Of a DNA stretch of 64,000 nucleotides, positions 30,021-40,400 are shown one piece after another. This DNA comes from an uncultured Candidatus Saccharibacteria bacterium (GTDB lineage: Bacteria > Patescibacteriota > Minisyncoccia > Phycocordibacterales > PALSA-1337). Location: positions 7,484 to 71,483 of the forward strand of contig CAYOTK010000005.1 in NCBI GenBank assembly GCA_964406895.1. Direction: 5' to 3'. Position numbers and translations under genes: made by a program. Below the pieces are notes generated by a model. It was given only the letters and a program-made list of their open reading frames with translations, was not told the DNA's origin and made no database searches. Every line of letters begins with the position of its first letter. Within the stretch, counting starts at the first letter, position 1.

Positions 30021-31085
30021 ATGAATTCAAAAATCTCACAATATTTTTTGATTAGCTTAATAATAGTTGTGGTGGTGTTGGCAGTCTTTATATTCCTGCC
30101 ATTTATGACGCCGATAGTTCTCGCTGCGGCTTTATCAGTCATATTCAAACCAATACACAGATGGATACAAAGAGTATTTTTCCCGAAAAACGAAAGAAGT
30201 AGCTTCGCGGCACTCATATCGGTCATACTCATCGTCGTTATCGTTCTTATTCCACTATTACTAATAGCGGGCAGTATATATTCTGAAGTTCAGAACATGT
30301 ATTCATATTTGGCTGATGAATCAGGCAGATCACAGTTTATTTCTATGCTTAACAATGTTTCTGAAGCTGGATCCAAGATTTTCCTCAACATGTACACGCC
30401 TCAGTCATTTGACTCTTTCAACATTACAAAGATTATTACTAAGGGTCTAGAATGGGTATTCTCAAACATAGATGTTGTATTTGGAGGGGCGTCTAAGATA
30501 GCGTTGCATGTATTCATCATGTTCTTGGCATTGTTTTATTTCTTGAGAGATGGAAGAGAACTTCGTAGGCAGATCATTTCTATAAGTCCTCTTATGGATG
30601 AGCAAGATGATAGAGTTTTGAAGAAACTCGAAATTGCTGTGTATTCTATATTCGCTGGAAGTTTGGCGGTGGCTATCATTCAAGGTATTTTGACCGGAAT
30701 AGGTTTCTACATATTTGGAGTGCCTAGTCCAACTCTGTGGGGAGCAACGGCTTCTATATCTGCTCTTATACCCGGTGTGGGCACGTCACTCGTCTTGGGT
30801 CCGGGAATACTTTATTTGTTTTTGATCGGATCAAAGTCACAAGCTATAGGTTTGCTTGTGTGGAGCATATTTGCAGTAGGTCTTATAGATAATTTCTTGC
30901 AACCCTCACTCGTAAATAGGGGAGTTAAAATACATCCATTCATAATATTGGTCTCTGTTTTGGGAGGTTTGAGTTTTTTTGGTATAGTAGGATTCGTTCT
31001 TGGCCCAATAATTCTAGCCTTTCTCTTTGCTTTGCTCGAAATATACAAGTCTGGACAAAAACCCACAATAAGTCATAATATCTAG
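30021..31085 (+). CDS. AI-2E family transporter (PerM/UPF0118) membrane protein
   Basis: It has ~8 TM helices with the …FLRDGRELRRQIISISPL… loop typical of the family. Confidence 0.55.
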   Translation: MNSKISQYFLISLIIVVVVLAVFIFLPFMTPIVLAAALSVIFKPIHRWIQRVFFPKNERSSFAALISVILIVVIVLIPLLLIAGSIYSEVQNMYSYLADESGRSQFISMLNNVSEAGSKIFLNMYTPQSFDSFNITKIITKGLEWVFSNIDVVFGGASKIALHVFIMFLALFYFLRDGRELRRQIISISPLMDEQDDRVLKKLEIAVYSIFAGSLAVAIIQGILTGIGFYIFGVPSPTLWGATASISALIPGVGTSLVLGPGILYLFLIGSKSQAIGLLVWSIFAVGLIDNFLQPSLVNRGVKIHPFIILVSVLGGLSFFGIVGFVLGPIILAFLFALLEIYKSGQKPTISHNI

Positions 31086-31088
31086 CCT

Positions 31089-32066
31089 ATGGCTTTTATA
31101 GACGAAATACAATTTCATGCCCGCGCAGGAAACGGTGGTGATGGCGTTGTGCGATGGAGACATGAGAAAAATAAAGAATATTCTGGCGCTGCAGGCGGTA
31201 ATGGTGGTCCTGGTGGTGATGTTTATGTGCGCGCAGTCAACGATATAAGTATTTTGACCAAATACAAAACAACGAAGTCTTTCGAGGCCAGGAATGGTTT
31301 CGCGGGTAGTAATTGGAGTAGGCAGGGCAGGTCAGGTGAAGATTGTTATATTGATTTGCCCGTCGGTTCAGTTATAAGAAATGTTGAAAGCGGTTTTAGT
31401 GTAGAACTTATGCAGGCAGGTCAAGTCGAGAAGATATTGCACGGAGGAAGAGGCGGGCTTGGCAATGAACATTTCAAGGCTTCGACAAATATAAGACCAG
31501 AACAATCAACAGATGGCAGAGAAGGTGAATCAGGAGATTTTGTAGTGGAATTAAATCTTATTGCTGACGCTGGTTTTATCGGGCTTCCAAATGCTGGCAA
31601 ATCTAGTCTGCTTAATGCTCTTACCAATTCCAATGCAAAAGTAGGCAGTTATGCCTTCACGACCCTGGATCCGAACCTTGGAGTGCTTCATGGTTATGTT
31701 TTGGCCGATATACCTGGAATCATTGAGGGCGCCTCAGAGGGCAAGGGCCTGGGCTTTAAATTCTTGAAACACGTGAAGAGAACATCACTTCTAATACATC
31801 TCGTATCAGTTGAGAATGATGATGTTGTGGAGACTTACAATTCTATAAGAGCAGAACTCGAAAAATACGGCGAAGGACTAAGAGATAAGCCGGAAATAAT
31901 AGTATTAACTAAAATTGATCTTATAGACAAGAAGAAACAAAAAGAACTTCAATCTACGATGAAAAAAGCCGGATTGAAAGCTCTTTTGGTTTCAGTTTTG
32001 GATGATGAAAGCGTCAAAAAATTGAGCACAGAAATTGTCAAAAAAATAGAGAAATTGCGAAAATAA
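31089..32066 (+). CDS. obg: GTPase Obg/CgtA
   Basis: It has the N-terminal glycine-rich Obg fold (AGNGGDGVVRWRHEK…GGNGGPGGDVYV). The G domain has GLPNAGKSSLLNAL and DIPGIIEGA. Confidence 0.85.
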   Translation: MAFIDEIQFHARAGNGGDGVVRWRHEKNKEYSGAAGGNGGPGGDVYVRAVNDISILTKYKTTKSFEARNGFAGSNWSRQGRSGEDCYIDLPVGSVIRNVESGFSVELMQAGQVEKILHGGRGGLGNEHFKASTNIRPEQSTDGREGESGDFVVELNLIADAGFIGLPNAGKSSLLNALTNSNAKVGSYAFTTLDPNLGVLHGYVLADIPGIIEGASEGKGLGFKFLKHVKRTSLLIHLVSVENDDVVETYNSIRAELEKYGEGLRDKPEIIVLTKIDLIDKKKQKELQSTMKKAGLKALLVSVLDDESVKKLSTEIVKKIEKLRK

Positions 32067-32070
32067 AATA

Positions 32071-33570
32071 TTATTTGAGCTTTTCCAAGAATAGTTTGCT
32101 CAATATACCTGGGTTTGCTGAGCCTTTGGTTGCTTTCATGGCTTGTCCTATGAGGAATTGGAGAGATGCTGTCTTGCCAGCTTTGAATTCGGTTATGGCT
32201 TTTGGATTTTTCGAAATTATATCATCTATGATTGGAGCGAGATCACCCTCATTGCTTTTTTGTATTAAGTCCTTTTCTTTTGCTATTGTTGATGGCGAAT
32301 TTTGTTTGTTTCCAGCCTTAGTGTTGAACATATCCAACAATATTTCTTTGGCTCCTCTCGATGATATTTCGTTTGCCGATATCATATCGATTAGTTCGGC
32401 AAAGTATTCAGGAATTATATAACCCCTACTTTTTTCGGTGATTATTTTTTCATATGAATCAGATTTTGATGAACCTTGGTCAGTCATACTGTTAAGTAGA
32501 GAAATATAATCACTTAAGAAATAATTTGTGACTAGACGAATTTTGTTTTTGTCCTTCGGGAAATGTGCTGTGATTTTTTCATAATAGTCTGCAAGAGCAG
32601 GGGAGTCCACGAAAATAGCCACCTCTTTTTCATTCAAGGAATAATCTTGAGTGAAACGATTTCTTTTTTGCCAAGGAAGTTCTGGCAGTGAGTTTGATAT
32701 TGATTGCTTAGAAAATTCTTTAATCTCCGAAATTTTTAGTTTCGGAATATCAGGCTCAGGGAAATATCTGTAGTCATGTGAACTTTCTTTGCTTCTCTGT
32801 GAATATGTTTCATTTTTCTTATCGTCCCAACCACGAGTTTCTTGCACGACCTTCTCGCTATTTTCTATTAGAGATATTTGTCTTTCTATCTCATACTCTA
32901 TCGCGCGCTCAACTGCTCTAAATGAGTTCAGATTTTTGACTTCAGTTTTCGTACCGAGAATGATTTTCTCATTAAGTGATTGCGGTTTTTTCGCTACAGA
33001 AATATTTGCTTCTACACGCATTTCGCCCTTCTCCATGTTTGCTTCTCCTGCTCCGAGATATCTAAGGAGAAGTTGCAGTTCTTTTGCGAAAGTTACGGCG
33101 CTCTTGGCATCATGAATCACGGGTTTTGTAACCAGTTCCATGAGAGGTACGCCCGAACGATTGTAGTTAACCAAACTCTTGTGATGAGTGTCGTGAGTCG
33201 ATTGAGCTGTGTCTTCTTCTAGATGTATTCTTTCAATCTCTATATTTGCTATTGAGCCACCTGAAACGAGAGGGTATTTGTACTGACTTATTTGATATCC
33301 TTTCGGAATATCAGGATAGAAATAGTTCTTTCTGTCCCATTCAGTAAAATCAGCGATTTGACCGCCTACAGCTACGCCAATTCTTATAACATTTCGTATG
33401 GCCTCATGATTTAACACAGGTAATGTGCCTGGATGACCAAGACAAATAGGGCAAATATTCTTATTAGGTCTGGATTCATCCGGATCATTTTTGCATGAGC
33501 AAAACATCTTAGAATTTGTCTTCATTTCGGCATGAATTTCTAGGCCTATTGTTGGTATATATTTGTCCAT
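32071..33570 (-). CDS. gatB: Asp-tRNA(Asn)/Glu-tRNA(Gln) amidotransferase subunit B
   Basis: The N-terminus is IGLEIHAEMKTNSKMFCSC with C-x-C zinc ligands. A GatB/YqeY C-terminal domain is present. Confidence 0.85.
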   Translation of the reverse strand: MDKYIPTIGLEIHAEMKTNSKMFCSCKNDPDESRPNKNICPICLGHPGTLPVLNHEAIRNVIRIGVAVGGQIADFTEWDRKNYFYPDIPKGYQISQYKYPLVSGGSIANIEIERIHLEEDTAQSTHDTHHKSLVNYNRSGVPLMELVTKPVIHDAKSAVTFAKELQLLLRYLGAGEANMEKGEMRVEANISVAKKPQSLNEKIILGTKTEVKNLNSFRAVERAIEYEIERQISLIENSEKVVQETRGWDDKKNETYSQRSKESSHDYRYFPEPDIPKLKISEIKEFSKQSISNSLPELPWQKRNRFTQDYSLNEKEVAIFVDSPALADYYEKITAHFPKDKNKIRLVTNYFLSDYISLLNSMTDQGSSKSDSYEKIITEKSRGYIIPEYFAELIDMISANEISSRGAKEILLDMFNTKAGNKQNSPSTIAKEKDLIQKSNEGDLAPIIDDIISKNPKAITEFKAGKTASLQFLIGQAMKATKGSANPGILSKLFLEKLK

Positions 33571-33616
33571 TTTAATATTAATTATTTATAGTTCGTCTAT
33601 CCGAGATAGTCATAAA

Positions 33617-33916
33617 TTAGGCCGTATCTCGGATGTCTCCATAGTCATCAATGTGTTTGACTTTCAATGTTTTAATTTTCTTAACCTTCTTTGGTATGTA
33701 TACTTTATCATAATTTGATCGAATTTTCCCTATAAGAAAGTCAATATCTTCGCGTTTGTATACTCGATAATTATTTAGAGGATGACGTAATGGTTTGAGC
33801 TTGCCAGACTTATCCCAATTACGCAGGGTAAGTGCAGTTACACCAAGCAAGGACGCTGCCTCCTTTATTGATATAAGTTCTTTGTGACTGTTCGACATGC
33901 AATGATTATATATCAT
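33617..33916 (-). CDS. Small HTH DNA-binding protein (MerR/excisionase-type HTH_17)
   Basis: ISIKEAASLLGVTALTLRNWDKSGKLKP…YRVYKREDIDF is an HTH_17-like motif. The gene is divergent from the giant protein gene. Confidence 0.55.
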   Translation of the reverse strand: MIYNHCMSNSHKELISIKEAASLLGVTALTLRNWDKSGKLKPLRHPLNNYRVYKREDIDFLIGKIRSNYDKVYIPKKVKKIKTLKVKHIDDYGDIRDTA

Positions 33917-34391
33917 AAAACTATTACAGAAAAGTTTTAAGTATCACAGATTAAAGAAATAGCGTCATGGTTGTCAGTTGATAGATGTGCGTGCAATGTC
34001 ACTTGAACAAAATCAGGCGGTGGGGATACAAGATAACAACGGATAATTATAAATAAGCCAAGCATTTAATTAACCAAATACATTATGAAACCTATATAAA
34101 CATTACTAGACCGTAATAAACAAATTGTCGAAAAATGTTGATTTTATAACCAATCGCTCTAAAAATTATTATATTAATCAGTATCGGTTTACTGTTGTTG
34201 GAAAGATGAAGTGTGTCAATTTTAAAATTTTTGTGAGTCATTTTTGTAAATTTTTTTGTGATTATTATCTCGGTCGAGTATTGGATGATCATAAATATTT
34301 AATAGTTTGTTGATATCATTAATATTTTTTATTTGATATTTTTTATTAGGGATTTTTTTAAATTAGCGCTTATCCACAGTTTTTTTTGCTC

Positions 34392-34403
34392 GTGACTTGA
34401 TAT
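34392..34403 (+). promoter_or_regulatory. Extended -10 element (TGATATAAT) immediately upstream of the giant gene start
   Basis: cgtgacTTGATATAATttttatgaATG. The -10 ends ~14 nt before the ATG at 34415, with no obvious SD. Confidence 0.3.
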
Positions 34404-34414
34404 AATTTTTATGA

Positions 34415-37400
34415 ATGAAAGATACATTAATCATCGACGGAAAGGAATTCATCTCGTCTCGCCGAGCTGCCGAGATGACCAAGTACACCAACGATTATGT
34501 TGGACAACTTTGTCGTCAATCCAAAGTTGTTGCCAAGAGATTTGGGAGGGTATGGTTTATTGACAGAGATTCAATATTACAGTATAAAAAGAATCAGGAT
34601 AATTTACTTGGAATTTCAAATTTTGATGTTCGAGTTGATGACGCTCCAATTCTCAAAACTGTTGAGCCTGATAATTCGTTATTAGATACTTCTCATCAAT
34701 CAAAATTATCTGATCAAAATAATAAACCCCAGATAAAGAGTCAGAGTGACATAGTTTGGGACTTCAAACATTTTGAGGATGTTTCTCAAATTAAAGATTC
34801 AAATACTAAAAAGGAATTAGAAACTGCTTTAGTCAATATTAAGGGAAGAGCAAATAGGGCCATCGAAACTTTTGGAAAGTCATTACCGACAATTTTAGTT
34901 GCCATATTGCTTTCTGCTGGATCAGTTTTTTCTGCCTATTCATTTTCGTATCCAGATCAAGTTAATGACTTTATAGAAAAAAATCGTTCGAGAACAAGTA
35001 TAATTGTTTCTCAATATTCAGCGATCAAGAATCAATTTAATGTCAATGAAGGTCAGACAGCAAACATTATTGATTCTTCAATTAGTGATGTGAAGGATTT
35101 TGGTGTGTCTGCCTACATTGGATTCAGAGATTTTATTGTTTCGATATTTGGTACTAAGATAAAAACAAATAATAATCAATTTGTTAATACTCAAATTTAC
35201 ACCACACCAAACACTCCACCCATCACTACAATCATAAATCTTTCTAAAAAATCTTCATCTCAGACATCAGGCATAACAAATCAAAGTTTCAATTATTATG
35301 ATACTGGTTCGTATAGTTATCTGAATCAAAAAATTGATTCTTTGCGAGAAGATTTTAATAAATCTCTGTGGTTTGAAAAAGAACAAAACTACAGGATAGT
35401 AGAGAGTGTAAGTAAAACATCTCTGAATAGTAGTTCAAACAATCAAACTCAAGTTACGGATTTGTCTCAATTGACTGGTACTCTCGGAATAGGTCATGGT
35501 GGAACGGGTGTAGCGTCATTGTTATCGGGATTAATATATTCTGATGGTACTTCTGCTCTGAATTCGACTACATCTCCTTTGGTTGGTTCCATTTTTGCAT
35601 CAAGTACAATTGCTAATAATATATTCTTGGGTAATGTGGGCGTTGGCACAACTTCTCCTCTTTCTAAGCTTGATGTGTACGGAGATCTAATACTTTCTGG
35701 ATTGTCTCGTTATGTTAATTTTGGTGATGTTTCTGGTTCAAGTGGTTATGGTATTAGAGATAATGGAGGCATAATAGAATTTAAGAATACTGGCGGAACA
35801 TGGCTTGGTATTGGTTCTGGTGGAGGCGGTGGTTCTGATGGAAATTGGTCATATTTCAATGGTTCTGGAATAAGACTCGCCACAAGTTCCAATACTGTTT
35901 TGGTTGGCGCCAACTCTACGACTACATCGAGCAAGCTAGAAGTTATAGGTTCTGGATATTATTCTGGTAATTTAGGAATTGGCACAACTTCTCCTTGGAG
36001 AACATTATCTGTAAAAGGAAATTCTGATCTTGGTAATAATGCTCTGGCTGGCTCATTTACCGCCACATCAACAACCGCTTCTGTATTTCCTTATGCATCA
36101 TCTACTGCTGTAACAGTCTCTGGTAATCTTTATTTGAATTCTTATAACGGACCACTTCAGGCCAATAATGGTATTGTGTCTGCTACTACATCTATAGGGG
36201 TTGTTTACGGTGGAACGGGAGTCTCTACATTTGGTCAGGGTTGGATTTATTCTTCCGGTGGAACAACTGCTCTTGCGGCTTCAACGTCACCAACAGTGAA
36301 TTATTTGGTTTCTACTTCAACTACAGCAACTTCCACATTTGCTGGACCTATTTCTATAATTGGTTCTTCGGGACTAAATGTTCTTACTAATGGTCATGTC
36401 GGTATCGGCACATCAACGCCTGTCGGAAGTTTGTATGTTCCTGATCTGGTAACTCAAGCAATAGCATTTCCTTCGGGAGCAAATATTACATATCAGAGCG
36501 GATACAATGCTTATACAAACTTTAGTTCAGGCATAGGTATTGCTTCAGTGCCTTTTGCTACAGTAAACATTGATACTCCAAACAAGGTTGCATTATCTAA
36601 TATTTCGACGATTCAGTCCGGAGAATTAAACGTAAGATCAGGTGGCACTTTCGGTACAAAGACTGATTATACAACGGGAACTTTGCCAAGCGGAATATAT
36701 GTATCAGATATAAATAATGATGGAAAGAAAGATGTAATAACTGGTAACAATGGTAGTGACAACATATCTGTATTTCCTGGTAATGGAGATGGAACTCTTG
36801 GTTCTCGCACAAATTATTCTACTGGCACCGGATCTGGTCCGGCATTTGTGACAGCGGCTGATCTGAATGGTGACGGTTTCAATGATATTGTCGCAGCAGA
36901 TAATGCGTCAACAACAATGTCGGTCTTTATTAATAAAAAAGACGGAACATTTTTGGCGCACGTTGATTATATTTCAGGAACAACTCCTGGTGGAATAACA
37001 ATAAATGATTTCAATGGTGATGGAAAATCAGATATAGCTGTTTCAAATTATGGATCGAATACAATATCAGTTTTCATAAATAATGGCGACGGAACTTTTG
37101 CAAGTAAGGTGAATTATACAGTGGGTTCAGCGCCTACATATATAACTAGTGCAGATGTAAATGGCGATGGAAAGATCGATATTATATCTCCGAATTTCTC
37201 TTCCAATACTGTTTCTGTGCTCATGAATAATGGCAATGGCACATTTGCTACAAAGGTTGATTATGTAACAGCTGCCGGCCCGCAAACATCTGATGTCGGA
37301 GATGTAAATGGTGATGGAAAACCAGATATTGTAGTAGGAAATTACACTGGAAATAGCGCCTCTGTATTTCTAAACAACGGTAACGGTACTTTTGCTGCTA

Positions 37401-40400
37401 AGGTTGATTACACATTAGGTATTAACCCCGTTGATCTTCATCTCGCAGATTTTTCTGGTGATGGTAAACCTGACATTGCCGTTGTGAATTATACTGATAG
37501 TACTGTTTCTGTACTCATAAATAATGGCGACGGAACTTTTGCAAGTAAGGTGGATTATTCTACGAATACAGGACCATCTGCTGTTGCGATTGGAGATCTA
37601 AATAGAGATGGTGCCCCTGATATTGTTGTCGCTGACACGGACATAAACAAGGTTTCAGTTTTGTTAAATCAAACAAGTTCACTCTTGTATGCTCAAGCAA
37701 GTACAAATCGTGTTGCGATTGGTACTTCTACACCATACTCCAAATTCTCTGTATGGGGTACAGGAACCGGAACAAATAGATTGTTTGATCTTGTAAATTC
37801 TGCTTCAACAACGATTGCTTCATTCCTTGAAAATGGCACAGGTTATCTCCTTGGAAATATCGGAGTTGGTACTACATCTCCATATTCCAAATTAGCAATT
37901 ACAAATTCTTCTGCATCACAACCAGCTTTGAGTATTTATGGTTTCAATTCACAAACATCTCCTTTGATGCTTGTGGCTTCGACTACGGGTTCAGCTACAT
38001 CAACAGCATTTATTATTGATAATAATGGCAAGGTTGGTGTTGGCACATCATCACCTTATGTTCAATTGAGTGTGGCTGGTATTGGAGCATTCGATAGCTT
38101 GAATATAAACAGTAATGCTACTTCAACTTTTGTAGGAGGTATTCAGGCTAAGGCTCTAAACATAATAAGCACAACAGCAAGTTCAACGTTTGGAAATGGA
38201 ATAAGTTTGAGTAATGGTTGTTATGCAATAAATGGAACTTGTATTGGTGCTGGAACAATTGATGGTGCTGGGCTTGCAAACAAGTTAGCATTTTGGTCTG
38301 GAGCTTCTACAATCTCTTATAACAACAATCTTTCTTGGTTGAATTCTAGTAGTAGATTTGGAATCGGAACAAGTACACCGAATTGGGATTTGCAAGTCGC
38401 TTCGTCGAGTGGGGCTACAATAGCACTTACAGATACTTCTGCTTCAGCAAATACAAAACATTGGACGCTATCTTCTTTGGGTGGTAATTTCTATCTCTCT
38501 ACAAGCTCTGATTCTCTCAGTGCAAGTTCTAATTATATGTGGTTCGATACCAATAATTATGGTACATATTTGGGCAAGGATGCGGGTCGATTTAATTCAA
38601 TTGTTCCTGATTACGCTCAATACAATACTTTTGTTGGTTATGCTTCTGGACACGGCCCAAGCAGTTGGATTTCTGATAATAATACCGGTGTCGGTGCCTT
38701 GTCTCTGTACTCAGCTACAACTGGATATGACAATACTGCAATTGGTTATATGGCTTTGTATAACAATGTCGATGGTGATCAAAATATTGTGATTGGTAGT
38801 AATACTGGCACGAACATAGTAAATGGAAGTAGAAACATTATTATTGGTAGTAATATTGATGCCCCGTCTGATAATGGTTCTCTTTTGAATATAGGTAATA
38901 TTATTTATGGTAACAATATAGACGGATCATTAAGTACAATTTCTTCAGGTAATATTGGTATTGGTACAACTTCACCTGGAGCAAGATTCTCGATTAGTGG
39001 TGCTTCTGGAGGTTCGGTGCCGTTATTTGCAATTTCTTCTTCAACTGCTGGTTTTGCAACTTCAACATCTTTGATTGTGGATGCAAACGGCAAAGTCGGC
39101 ATTGGCACAACCACTCCATATACTCAGCTATCAGTAGCGGGAAATATTGCAGCAACAGGTCTAACATTGTCAGGAATAACTGGCTCAACACAATGTTTGA
39201 GAGTTAACGCTTCAGGAATTGTTTCTGGAACAGGTGCAGATTGTGGCACTTCTTCTGGTGCATCGTATGATTGGTTACAACAAACAAATACATTTGGTGT
39301 TAATTCTCTAACCCCAACTACAACAATACCAATATGGATCAAATCAACCGCCACATCAACATTTGCGGGTGGCATAGAATCATGGGACAAGATCGGCGCT
39401 CCATACTTCAATGCAACATCATCAACGGCTACCTCTACGTTTAATGGAGGTTTGATCGCTGCAAACGTAGGCAATTCATACGGTTTGTATGCTTTGTCTA
39501 GTACTGGTTATGTCGGTATTGGTACCAACTCACCATTTTATCCATTGTCAGTCATAACAAATGCCGACAACCTTGGTTTGCAGATAAGAAGAAATTCAGG
39601 TTCGACCAATACAACCAATGAAATTGGTTTCAGAGTGGCAAGTACAGAAGGATCAAATCTTGCAGGAATTAGATCTACTAGAGTTGATGCTGGCGCAGGT
39701 CATAGTCTTTCTTTCTTCACAAACCCTTCTGGCAATACACCAACAATAAGAATGACTCTTGCAAGTACTGGTGAAGTGGGTGTGGGTTCAACTACTCCTT
39801 GGGCCAGATTGTCTGTTAATGGTTCAAATGGCGGAACTACACCTTTGTTTGTGGTTGCATCTTCAACATCTGCCTATGCAACATCAACAGTGTTTATGAT
39901 TGATCAAAATGGTCAGGTTGGTATAGGTTCTAGTTCACCTATGTCTGTTTTCGGTATAGTTTCTCCTTACAAAGCTAATGTATCATTTGGAAATGGAACT
40001 GTTACAGGATATACCGGTATCGATAATGTTGATTCTGCTATAGATCTTGGAACATATTCCGCTCATCCTGTAAGGCTTGAAACAAGTGGTGTTGAAAGAT
40101 TGAGAGTATTATCGACAGGAAATATTGGTGTGGGTACAACATCTCCTTGGACTAATTTTGCTATTTCGGGATCAGCAGCACAATCTACTCCAATATTCGC
40201 CATCTCTACATCAACTGCTGGTTTTGCAACTTCCACCGCTTTCATTATCGACTCAAACGGCAAAGTTGGTATTGGCACAACCACTCCATATACTCAGCTA
40301 TCAGTAGCAGGAAATATTGCAGCAACAGGTCTAACATTGTCAGGAATTACAGGATCAACTCAATGTTTGAGAGTTGATGCCTCCGGAATTGTTTCTGGAA

